Source of the DNA: Lama glama
Taxonomy: Eukaryota
DNA length: 64,000 nt
Assembly (NCBI GenBank): GCA_028534125.1
Contig: CM052817.1
Location: 6,016,001-6,080,000 of the forward strand
Direction of reading: 5' to 3'
In this document: positions 26,108 to 37,877 of the stretch, one piece after another
Numbering within the stretch: the first letter of the stretch is position 1
How the letters are laid out: each line of letters starts with the position of its first letter
Notes under the pieces: model-generated
What the model was told of the DNA's origin: nothing
Databases searched by the model: none
The model's input: the letters and a program-made list of their open reading frames with translations, nothing else
Program-made: the position numbers and the translations under genes

Positions 26108-26255
26108 AGGATGGAGACCAGGGGGAGGCAGGTGAAGCATTCACCCTAGGAACACAATTTAAGAAAGTGCCAAAAAAAATGCAGTAGTCAAGGTGAACAT
26201 GGTTTTAATGCAATTAAAAAATTAATGAAAAAACCCATTATGAAAAAAATATCAT
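26108..26255. mobile_element. MER96B-like hAT fragment
   Basis: gaggcaggtgaagcattcacc...aatttaag...gccaaaaaa...cagtagtcaag...ttttaatgcaat...aaaatatca. Confidence 0.6.
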
Positions 26256-26419
26256 GGTCACAAGGTGGCTGCAGTAATGCCAGGCATCACATGTTTACAC
26301 CACAAAATCCAAGGGTCAGAAAAAAATAACTTTATGGTTCAGAGAGAAAATAACTGTTAACCTGGAATTATACGTCCAATGAAGACACCATCTTAAGAAT
26401 GAGGGAAATAAATAAAGAA

Positions 26420-26632
26420 CAGATAAAGAAGATTACACTTTACAGCACAGGGAAATATCTACAAGATCTTGTGGTAGCTCACAGCAAAAAATAAAATGTG
26501 ACAATGAGTATATGTACATTCATGTGTAACTGAAAAATTGTGCTCTACACTGGAAATTGACACAACATTGTAAAATGACTATAACTCAATAAAATGTTAA
26601 AAAAATAAAATGCTATTTTCCTTTAAAAAAAC
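26420..26632 (+). mobile_element. Young camelid L1 3' end inserted in the old L1
   Basis: Same family as 19225-19409. TSD agaatgagggaaa at 26396-26408 and 26633-26645. Confidence 0.85.
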
Positions 26633-27075
26633 AGAATGAGGGAAAAATAAAGGCATTTTCATTTTCTTATAATGGGCCTTGACACTAAAGAAAACTCCAA
26701 TTTGTGTTCTTCATACTGAAAGGAAGTGATCTTCACTAAAAGTTTTGAAATATAAAAAGAAAAGATGGTCAAAGATTATGTTAACTATTTGGGTAACTAT
26801 TTTAAAGCACTGACTGCTTAACACAATGACTAAGTCTTCAGGGATTAATAAATAACAGAATTAAAACACGTGACTGCAGTAGCACACACATTGTGAGCGG
26901 GTGATCACAAATAAGGAATTGAAAAGTGTCTGTGTTATTCTAGAAGAGGGTTAAAAAACTTAGATGTTGATAATTTAATTATGTATTAAAATATCTAAGG
27001 AAATTACAAAAAAAATAGAATTAGAAGACATAACCAATAAACTGGTAGCAGTATAATGGAGTGAGAAAAAACTAT

Positions 27076-27102
27076 ACACACACACACACACACACACGCA
27101 CA
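27076..27102. repeat. (CA)n microsatellite
   Basis: acacacacacacacacacacacgcaca. Confidence 0.9.
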
Positions 27103-30100
27103 TCAAACCCAAAGAAGGAAAGTAGAAAATCAAAAAGAGTAAAAAGGAAGAAATAGAAAAGGATGAATAAATAGAAAGCACACAATAGTATAGAAATATA
27201 CTTAGGTAGTTCAGTAATTATAATAATTGTGAATTAGTAAATTCTTCATTGAAAGATTCTTCTATTTTACTGGGTCAAATGATTCCCAATCCAATCATAC
27301 ACTTTTTGTATCTTTTATAAGAGGTGTGCCTAAAACATAAGGGCATGAAAATTTTGGTATAAAATAATGTAAAAGAGGTACTATTAAAATAATAACTAAA
27401 AGAAAACTGTCTTGGTTATATTAATACCAGACAAAATAAGTTTTTTAGAAAAAAATCAGTTTTTCCTAAGAGGGTCACTATATAGTGACAAAATAATTAG
27501 CTCATCAGGAAGTATAACAATATGAAAATTCTATGTTCCTAATAATATACACATTTGCAATAACTATCAGGAAAAAAAACAAATACATCACCCTATTAAA
27601 TATTTTTAATATCCAGTTTTGTAACTGATAAGATAAAAATACAAAAGATCTATTCAAATAAAGATTTAAATAATATAATTAATGAGATTGTTCTTACAGT
27701 TATTTTTGAAACATTGCATTCAATTATGATGGTGCACACTTTCTTTTCAAGCATGCATGGAACACTGCAAAAAAAATTGCCCTTTATTTGAACATATAGA
27801 AAGTTCTCAAAAATTTTTACGAAATAATATCATGTAGACTATTTTCTATGACCACAGTGTAATTAGGCTAGATATTAGTGACAAAAGGAAATTAAAAACT
27901 CCAACTCTACTTGGAAATATCAAGTCACAAGTCAAAGAATAAATGATAATGAAAATAAAAATATTTAAATCTGAAAAATAATGTAAAAATACATAGCTGA
28001 AATACCTATGTTAGAAAAAGAGAAAAGCTAAAATTTAACTACCAAAGCACCTAACTTAGTAGATCAGTGAAATAACAAAGGTATAATGTCAAGAACACAG
28101 ACAGAAGGAAATAAGGAAGCTAAAAGCAGAAGTTACTAAAATAGAACATAAAATTGTAATGGAGAGGGCTAATGACATTGATCACCTTGGGCAAACTTGA
28201 TCAAGAAGGAAAGGGGAGTCATCAACAGACAAAATTAGGAATGGAAAAGGAGACTATAGGCACAACAGAGGTTAAAACAATAAGAAAATATCATTGAATA
28301 AACAAATACATAGAAAAATGCGTAACATCAAAAATTACTCATGAGGAAGTAGTAAACCTGAGCATCTTTCTAGAACCAACAATGATACTGAATCAATAGT
28401 TGAAAATCTTCCCCAAGGAAATACCAATGTAAGATAGTCTTATTGATAAAGGGACAATTTATTACCCATTGAGAATACAAGATCGGGAAATACCCTCTAA
28501 CTCATTGGACGAAGCTGGCACAAGTCTGAGCCAATATGCAGCAAGGAGAGAAAGAGAGAAAAATTATGAGGCATTCTCACTAATACTCATTACTGATTCA
28601 TTGCGCCAATATACTAAAAATTAACATGTCATGCCCAAGTAGTATTTATCTCAGAAATTAAAGTTTTGTTTACCATTAGAAAGTCTATTAATTTAAATCA
28701 TTACATTAACAGTAAGGGAAGGGAAAATATATAATCATCTCAATAAATACAGAAAAATATTGATTAAATTGAATTCTTCTTTATAATTAAAAAAAAAAAG
28801 ACTCTTGGCAACCTAGAGTCTTTGACCTGATATTCAAAACCTACCAATATCTGAAAACAAGGCTTATGCTTTGTGCTGCACTATTGAAAACATTCCCATT
28901 AAGAACAAGTGTGTTCACTATCACCCCTTAGTTTATCATTGTTTTGAAGGTCCTAACCAGTACCATCAGGTGGAAAAAAAAGTATGAAAAATGGAAAGAA
29001 AGCAATAAAATTAGATTACTTACAGAGGACATTATCATCGACATAGCAAAGTCCAAAGAATGAACTGATAATTATTAGAACTGATAAAACATTTGGCAAG
29101 CCTGCTGTAGACATCATCTCTAAAAACATACATACCAGCTACAAACATCTAAACACAAAACTATGGTATCTTAACATTTATAATACCATTAAAATACATA
29201 AAATGCCTAGAAACAAATCTCTCAAAATATGTTAAAGTCTAGTCCTTTGGGGGAGAAAATTATAAAACACTATGAAATTATGTTGAAGAAGTTTTTTCTG
29301 TCTCTATCTCTCTCTCTCTGGGGATATGTAATACGTTCATGAACAGGAAAATTCAGTTTCATAAAGATGCCATTTCTCTTCAAAATTATCTGTAGATTCA
29401 GAGTAATTCCAATCAAAATCCCAAAAGGTTGTGTGGGTGTGTGTACATATTGATAAGCTGATTTTAATGTGTCTATTAAAGAGTAAACATTCAAGAGGCA
29501 ATTTGTTGATAAAGTACAAACTGGGGGTTGTTAATTCCCAGATACCATGAATTACTACAAAGTTATACTAATTAGGACTTGTGTAATTGACCCCGTGTGG
29601 ACACACTAATCACGGCACAGTAGAGGATGCTCAGAAAAAGATCCACCTCTGTAAGAAAGCTTGGCCATGCCAGAGCTGTCACTGCAGATCAGTGTAGAAG
29701 GGATGGGCTTTTTCACACATGATGCTAAATAAATTATCTGTATGAAAAAAATGATCCTCCCCAACTTGATTCTACCCACAAGTTAATCAATTCCAGGCTG
29801 ATTAAAGGCCTAAAAATAAAAGACAAGTTTTACGATGGTTAGAATTCATTATAGGAAACTATCTTAATGATCTCAGGGTAAGGAAAGTTTCCTTAAGCAA
29901 TACCCAAAATCGACAAACCAGAAAGAAGAGCTTGTTATGCTCAATTGCTTTAAAATTACTGTCACCAAAAGACAACATCAAAAGAGAATGAAAACTCAAG
30001 TCACAAACTGGGAAAAGAATCCAGAATAAATAACTCATACAAATCAACATGAAAAAGACAAAAACTGACAGAAAAGTGAACGAAAGGTTTTAACTATCAC

Positions 30101-30633
30101 TGTGTGTAGACGAGAAAACCGAATGGCTAGTAAATATCTGAAAAGATGCTCAGCCACAACCACAGTCAACAATAGGTAGATTAACCTCCCCCCGCCCACC
30201 AGTATGGTAGACATTGAAACGGCCAGTATGGAGGTTTGACGAGGTGGTGAGGAAAATGGGCCACTTATGCACATTTGCGGGAATGTAAAATGGCCTGCTG
30301 ACTTTGGAAGCTGTGGCATCATCTGATAAAACTGGAGCTGGGCATACTCTGTGCTCTGGAAATTTCAGTCCTAAGAATATGCCTTTATATACAGACACTC
30401 TTGAATACATGGTCCAAGACACAAACTAGAATGTTCTTAGCAGCCCTGATGTAAACAAAATCTGGAAAACAATCCAAGCGTCTGTTGCCTGAACAGTGAT
30501 AAATAAACAGCATTATATGCACTTAAGGAAAGCTTATACAGCCATGAAACTGAAGGAACTGTGGCTACCACAATAGCATGGATTATTTTTGAAATGTAAA
30601 TTGGGGCAGTCCTAAAACAGACTGTAGAATGAT

Positions 30634-30838
30634 AATAGCTAATATGTATAGAGCCTGCCTTATGTTCCATTTATATACAAATGTCTTAAACAATCAGCTC
30701 ATTTAATCTTCACAAGCCCACTAGGAAGGAAGCACTCTCACTATTTTCATTTTGCAGTTGAGGAAACCGACACACTTCACTAACTTGCTCAAGGTCTCGC
30801 AACGGACCCGGATGTCAAAAACCAGGTAGTCTGTGTGC
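30634..30838 (-). mobile_element. MIR SINE within the old L1 3'UTR
   Basis: ctcatttaatcttcacaa...cattttgcagttgaggaaaccga...taacttgctcaaggtc. Confidence 0.8.
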
Positions 30839-31699
30839 AAAACAGACTCTGTAGTATGATTTGGTTTTGGCCTAAAGTTCAAAATCAAGCAAAACCAAAT
30901 GGATTACTTTTAATGATACAACCATATGTTGTAAAATTAAAAATAAAAGTGAGTGAATGATTAACCCAAAATTCAGGACAGTTGTTCCCTGTAGAGGGTG
31001 AGGAGTTGTGATCATAGAAATGTGAATGGAAATTGCAAAAATAAGAGCAATTTAAAAAAACTGAGAATGAGTGCATGTGTCTAAATGTTTTATTGTTCTG
31101 TATACCTTATGCATATTTTATAACTATTCTTTTGTTTCTATTCAATATTGAAAGCAATTGCAGAAAATAAAGGAAGAAGATGAAAACTTGCTGACATGGC
31201 AGAAAAAGACTTACTTCTTCCTGATAAAATTTCTTGGATCTTTGCTGATAGAATCCTTAGAAAAGTCCACAGAAACTGACCCAGGTGTAGAATTTTCATT
31301 ATCCAAAGAAGTTTTGGATAATGAAGTTTGTTTGACAACAAAGGGCAGCACAAATGCCTCTAATTGCAGCCTATCGAAAAGGCAACGTAGCAGGGCAGCA
31401 AAAAATCCATTTCAGCAACACAGGATTTTAAATCATGTAACCCAAACTCAGGCCTTTATCTTCCTTGTGGTTATAGATTGATGCTCCTTCTTTTTGCCAT
31501 TGATAAAGAGATACGGGAAATAGAATTCCACCACCCATCATAAATTGTTGAGAAATTATTCCTTCAATTACTTACATTCAGTTTTTAAGTAACAAAATTC
31601 AAATTGTCAGCTATTTTAATGTTGCTCTTTGTATTAAGTCTTGATGGAGCTTTTCCAGCTGCAGTAATTACTGAAGAAAGTCTATCCCTGCTCTCCTCC

Positions 31700-32000
31700 A
31701 TTTACTACTGTGTAATATCTCATCATTCCCCAAGCTCAGCTCAACTGTCATCTCCTCTGTGAGGATGTCTCTTCTAACACCACCTTGCTCATCCCCAAGC
31801 TTTGCTCCCTAACAGAGTCACCAGTCACTCCTCTGTGTCCCCTTAGCACTTTGCACACACTTGGAACAACAACAAAAAACCCTTATTAGCATTCTCCTTG
31901 CCCACTGTGAGTTGTTGATTGTCATTCTCACCTAGACTGGATGTTCTTCAAGGTAGGATATCAAATCCTACAAATCCCTAAGTTGAATGCTGAATATCTA
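31700..32000 (+). mobile_element. L2 LINE 3' fragment
   Basis: ctcagctcaactgtcatctcctctgtga...cttagcactttgcacaca...ctagactggatgttcttcaagg. Confidence 0.6.
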
Positions 32001-32056
32001 ACGGCAAAGGGTCTTACATGAGGTGATGACTGTGATGATGATAAAAATAGCAGACA

Positions 32057-32597
32057 GTATCTGTTTAAGTGCCGTCTTGCTGCATAACATGCAAGTCTAA
32101 AGGCAATGGCTTAGAAACAATGATTTGTTTTGATCTCTCCTGGTTCTCATCTGGTTGGGTTCCTCTTAGATCCTCCATGCTGTTGCATTCAGATATTTAT
32201 CTCAAAGCTGGACTGAGCTGAATGCCCAAGATGACTTCCTGACTCTTAAGTCTAGTGCCTGGTGCCCAGTGCCCCTCAGCCTCCATGTCTCTCCATGAGA
32301 TCTGTCTCCCAGGGTTTCTTCACATGGCAGGAGTGCCTCACAGCATGGCAGTCATAGCATATGACTGATGGAAGCAGATAGAAAGCAGAGCTGCCTGGCT
32401 GTTAAAGCCTCTGCCCAGACTTGGCACAGTGTCCCTTCTGTCATATCCCATTGGTCAACACAGCCACAGACTCACACAAGTTAAAGCAGGTGGAGAAATA
32501 GATTCACCTCTGAATGGGGAGTGTGCAGGTCACATGGCACTAGAGCAGGTGGGATGGGAGATACTGTCGCCACGTTTAGGAAGTACCATCGGCTACA
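32057..32597 (-). mobile_element. MLT1 (MaLR) LTR, MLT1H/J-like
   Basis: ttgctgcataaca...ggcttagaaacaatgattt...ccaagatgacttc...ccattggtcaa...gaaatagattcacctctgaatggg. Confidence 0.7.
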
Positions 32598-32599
32598 AC

Positions 32600-32800
32600 A
32601 TCTACCAAATGTTCCCCACATGCCAGACATGGTGCTAAACACACTGCACACATTGAGTCACTTAACCTTCTCAACAACCCTTTTAGATAATTACTATTTC
32701 TATTTCTAATTGATAGAAAAGAAAATGAGGCTCAGAGAGGCTGTCTAAAATGGCACAGCTGGTCAGTGTCAGAGCTGAGTCCCATTAAGTCAGCACAGGG
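32600..32800 (-). mobile_element. MIR SINE
   Basis: atgccagacatggtgctaa...gaaaatgaggctcagagagg...cacagctggtcagtgtcagagctg. Confidence 0.75.
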
Positions 32801-35800
32801 CCCACTGTATTACTCACTGAAGCATTTGTCCTCCTCAACATGGGAGCTAAATAAATGTTTGAGTCTAATATTGCCTTTCTTGGGTTAACTCAATAGAGGT
32901 ATTTTTAAGCTTCTAAAATATATACCTTCAGTTTTAAATTTTACATCCCCTCTCCAAAATAATAATAGGGGAAGAATTGAAGTCGAGAATGGAGAACCAA
33001 GCAGGAGAAACTCATACTTTCCTACTGGATATTTAGCCTGTGATAAAACTTCTCTGCTCTTGTTTGTGATCTGGTCTCTCTTCTTCAGAAATTCTGAAAT
33101 TCCAGGCAGCCAGGCTGTCAGGAAATATCTTTTTTTTCTTTCTATTGGGTTCATTTTCCAGGATGTGCTGATATTGGCCTTAAGTCAAATTTATTCAAAA
33201 CTTCTGGAAAACTTTTCACCTTTTTGGTTATCGAGTGTATTTGGATATGATACAAAGTTTGCATGAAGTTGACTTTCCTTCCTATACCTTATTTGTGGGG
33301 AAAGTGTCAGGTATGTATAAAGTGGAACATGCAATCAACTAGTTATTTGGCCTTCATAAAGGACTCAACCACAAACGCTGGGTCTTGTTTTCAATTTCTC
33401 TGCATATTTACATAATCTAATACTTTGTGATCATTATAAACTGTCATTGGGGGTCAGCTTCTCCAAACACTGGCTTGGCTGATAACACTCCCTGGGATGG
33501 CTGGGTTTGCTCATTGCCAGGTAACAACAGATGTCCAAATCTTAACATTCAGACATGGTTAGAGTCATAGAGTTTGTCAAATTAGTACATGGAGTGTGTT
33601 AATTTCCAGCAGTGGAAGAATATAAAATATGAGGCACCCAAATGATGAAAGATTGCGTATCTGTAAAAATGACTTTAGTAACATTGGAAAATATTTATGG
33701 TATATTAAAGTTAAAAAACAAAATAGAATGAATAGTTGTATAAGGAAGCCAAAAAGCAAATACCCAACAGTGCTAACTCTTTTTCAGTGGACTGATTAGT
33801 GTATTTTTTCTTTAGTCCTATTTTTTTGTATTTAAAAGTTTTCTACAATAAATATACATTACTCGAATGACAACAATAAATGCAGATGTTAAATAAGTCA
33901 CAACCTTCTTTATTTTGTGGTGTTTTTAAAGTCCATATCTATGAAAAGTCCAACCTTGTGGCTAGTTATCAGGAGACTAAGTTTGTTCAATGGAAGTTTC
34001 CTAAGTGGTGGTAGGTGAGTTAAATCAGCTAGTCCACCTGCAGCTGACAATCCTGTCATTATGAAAGAAGAAAGGCTATCTTAAAGTCCTCCACTCCCCC
34101 ATCACCACCCAGCTTCACGAGTCTCAGGGCCAGCCACACCTGCTGCTCCTGCAGTGGTGTCTCTGGCCGTGTCTGCAACCTCTGGCCAACTCGCTCCTAT
34201 GACCTCTCACAGCTTGTAGTGTTTTAATTGCCAGCCAACCACGACACCGAATCTCAGCTACGTGACTTTGATGGCACTAGTGGGAGACACTGGTTGGCTT
34301 GAGAGTTGGTTCATAATTAGTCCTGAAAAGGCAGCCACACTGACTACTCTGTTGGGTGCAAGACTCTAATCTCAGGATGCCAACATTACTGTTTCTCCTT
34401 TCCCCCAAATTCAGTGGGATTTACACTTATTAATTCCTGCAAATCAAAATGCAGTTGCTCCCTGAGGTCAAAGGCGGGGGGTTTCACATATATCATGATG
34501 GAAAATAATGACCTGGAATTGACAAGGAGCTTTATCATGCATCCATATAGAGGGAAATATTTATTGGGCATTTCCTGTGCACCAGATATTGAACTGGGCC
34601 CTTTGGGTATCCATCACCACCCAATGATTGAATGAATTTTATCAGGCAAGTTTTCAAAGGGAAAATATGCCCCTCATAAGCAAAACAGTCATTCAGTTTG
34701 GGAATGTGTCCCTTGTGGGCTACACGCAAGGATGGTTTTCCTAGTCATTGTGAAGCAGTTCAGTATGGCACAAAGATCACAGATTTTGGAGTCAGAGGGA
34801 TGTGGCTCTAACTGACTCTGAACTGGGGAGGCTATTATCCCAAAGTGAGGGATTCTCATGTGGTGACATGGGAAGGGGGTTTCAGTGCTGAGTAGCTGAC
34901 AGCATGGCGCAGATGGTGTCAAATGACTAACAGAGTCCTTGGCTTGTAGTCACGACTCGCCTGTAGGACTTTTTATTCTTTCTGCCCTTTCATTCTCATA
35001 ACTAGACACTGAATTCAAGTGGAAAAGTATTAGGAAAGTATTATTATTTTGCTTATTGATTAATGATTGACATTTACTTGAAGCTGGCTTCAATGATGTC
35101 AATACAAAGAGGCACTTTCTTATACTTTTTAAACTTACTGTCTCAGAAGGTAGTGAGCCCTTTATCCTAAGACTATTCAAGAAGTTTCTAAATGGTAAGG
35201 GGTTTCTTTTGGGGTTGATGAAAATGTTCAGACATCTGGTAAGGAACTTGTATTTGCAATATATAAAGAATATAAAAATACTAAAATTGATGTGGGTGAT
35301 GGTTGCCCTGTTCCATAAATATACTAAAAACCACTGTACACTTTAAAGTAACGAAGAAGCCTTCATGTGAGAACAATGATCAGTCACTTCTGTACATTTA
35401 TCTACAGAGTCCAATCATCTGAAAACATAAATCCAGAGCTGAAATGGGAAGAGAAGTTTTGGGGTTAAGACGACCTTGGGTGACCCGAAGCTGAAATTAG
35501 CCTTGGTAATTGGTTTTAACCACAGCATACATTGCCTAATAAAAACTACATGTGCATGCTGGAAAAAACAAAAGAGTCTCAATTCTATCTCACAGAGCTG
35601 TTGCTAATGGGGTTACAGCCATGTGTGGAAGCTTGAATTCCAAATCTCTAAGATTCTCTCTTTTTGAGACAAACTCTTATTTTTTTCTACCATCAAAACT
35701 GTTTCCAAAATAGACGTGAAAGACAAGTTCCCCGAAGCAAGAAAAGAAATACTAGGTTATTGTTAAAGAATTTGATTAAACTTGCATTCCTATGTAATAC

Positions 35801-35997
35801 TAGACTATCACAGAATAATTGTGTTACATGTGACATAGCACTGCATGCTAGGAACCAGAGGGACACAGCCTATTCTAACACTCCTAGGGTATAAAGTATT
35901 AAGTTAAATCTTGGCAATAAAACTGCCTCATAAAACTTTATAGGTAACAACTGAAACGTCCAACATCAAGGTCAAGAGAAAAACCACCAGATAAAAT

Positions 35998-36310
35998 GTA
36001 GATCCACCATTTGTTCTCCAAATTCCTTAGGGCTAGGGGTCCAGGATATTTTGGATTTTAGAAAAGTAATATTGTGCCTGTGTTGAATCCTATGTAATAT
36101 CCCCAGTAAGCTCTGAAGCGGCACCCATTCATTAAACACGTTGCTATTCCTGCAGTGACACGTGGATATTCACACCAAGTGGGTCAAACAAAGAACATAC
36201 AGCACTTCACCTCACTGGAGGTCGCATCTTGTCATCAAATTCATTATGAAAAAGTTTTCAGTATCCTGAAGCCTATCGGCTTTGAAATGATGGATAAGGG
36301 ATAATGAAAC
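35998..36310. mobile_element. MER46C (Tigger) DNA transposon
   Basis: ggattttagaaaagtaat...ggcacccattcattaaacac...ggatattcacaccaagtggg...ggataagggat. Confidence 0.75.
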
Positions 36311-37486
36311 TTTTTTTAAGCATTACTGTTATAAACACCCTGATTTTTAAAAAAGATTTACTCATGTGGGCCTAGGGTCATAATACAAAGCATTATGAAT
36401 AACTGAAAACAGTACAAGTTTTAAAAGTAGGCTTCCTGAAGTGTCAAAATATCACACAGATATAGAAAACGGAATTTGTAACAAAAGAGTGGTTATTTCT
36501 GGCCACTGGCATAATTGGTGATTTTCATTTTCTTCTTGGTACTTCTGTATATTTTCTAAAATTTCTGTGAGGCCTAGGAGTCATTTTCAGGATGAACAAA
36601 GCTAGTTTACTGTTAGAACTCTATAGCATATTTCAAAGTGGACGCCTTGAGGGCACTGGCTCTCCCATCAGCCCCCTGTCCGGGATGTATGAGAGCATCT
36701 TCCCCTGAGTTCCCAAAGGAGCCTGGCCAGAGAGGGCGTTTGCTTACTGGAAGGGCCGAGAAGCAATCACTCTAGTGACCTCGTCTCTCCCCAAACACTC
36801 AGAACTGCAGCACCAGGGATCTAATCTGTTCTGTCCAGAATGATGAAGAGATACTGGAAACCAAATCTGAGACTCCGGTGTCCAGCCCTGAGGGCGTAAT
36901 GGACAGAGGGCAAGTTTTGTTGCTGAGACAGTTCATGTAGATTAGCCTTCTAATTTCAGAAGCAATTTAGAATCAGGACATCGGGACGCCATAGCTTTGT
37001 GGAGTCTTCCCATCACTTCCTACATAATATGAAAATGATTTTCTTAACTTACGGCTAATGCTTTTTGAGGCAGGGACTAGATCCTGTTCATCTTTATAAG
37101 GGAGGTGCCAGGCTCAGTGCCCGGCAAAGTGTGTATTAGTCGGTAAATGCTTCTGACCCAACTGATACACTTAAAGGGAAATGCACGTACGCGTACTTAC
37201 TCGTGTGTATGTGTGTGTGTATATACATATACATCTATATGTGTGTGCATGTGTATAAATATATAATCTATTTCTATATCATCCTTTTATTTGTGTTTAT
37301 TCATTCCTTCTTTGTAAAAGTGTCCAAATGGAGAGAGTAAGAAATTAGCTGTAGTTACAAAGACCATTAAGAATTTCACGTTATAAAATCAGAATTCCAG
37401 ATTATAGAATTGGGAGATGTGTTACACCGCATTTTGAAAGCTGTGCTACAGACTAGACTCAGTTGAGCGTTAAAAGAACATCCCAC

Positions 37487-37877
37487 TGGAATGAAGGGCT
37501 GCAAATGGCAAAATATCCTTCTTTCTTATGTGTGAGTTGTATTCCATTGCATATGTAAGCTGCATCTTCTTTATCCATTCATCTGTTGATGTGCACCTAT
37601 GATGCTTCCATATCTTGGCAATTATAAATAATGCCATTAATAGTGGGGTGTATGTATCTTTTTGAATTCATTCTTATTTTGTGATTGGCTTTATTCCTTT
37701 GATAACTATGTAAGTTTAAAAAGCTAAAGCTCTAAGCGCTTAGAAACAGTGAACAGTACATACACATAAATTTAAAAATATGTACAGTATATTGTATACA
37801 TGTATTTACATGCAATATATTCTATATGTGTGGTCAAATTGTAACAATTCTACCTAATAAAACTGAAAAATGAAAAA
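37487..37877. mobile_element. L1-mediated insertion with 5' inversion, flanked by TSD
   Basis: Antisense L1 piece at 37497-37668, then a sense segment ending AATAAA (37856) plus poly(A). TSD aaaagaacatcccac (37472-37486) / aaaagaacatcacac (37878-37892). Confidence 0.7.

Larger units (their letters stand above)
26335..31140 (+). mobile_element. Large, highly decayed ancient L1 (end of ORF1, ORF2 remnants, 3'UTR; L1ME-like)
   Basis: A-rich sense strand. ORF1 C-terminal remnant (gagaaaataactgttaacctggaattata...aagaatgagggaaaaataaaggcatttt) and ORF2 remnants (tgaccacagtgtaattaggctaga, tatataatcatctcaataaatacagaaaa, attccaatcaaaatcccaa). Confidence 0.8.

Noticed and set aside
31158..31481. 107-aa ORF as a possible processed pseudogene
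   Set aside because: No recognisable homology, no ATG start, and no poly(A) or TSD.
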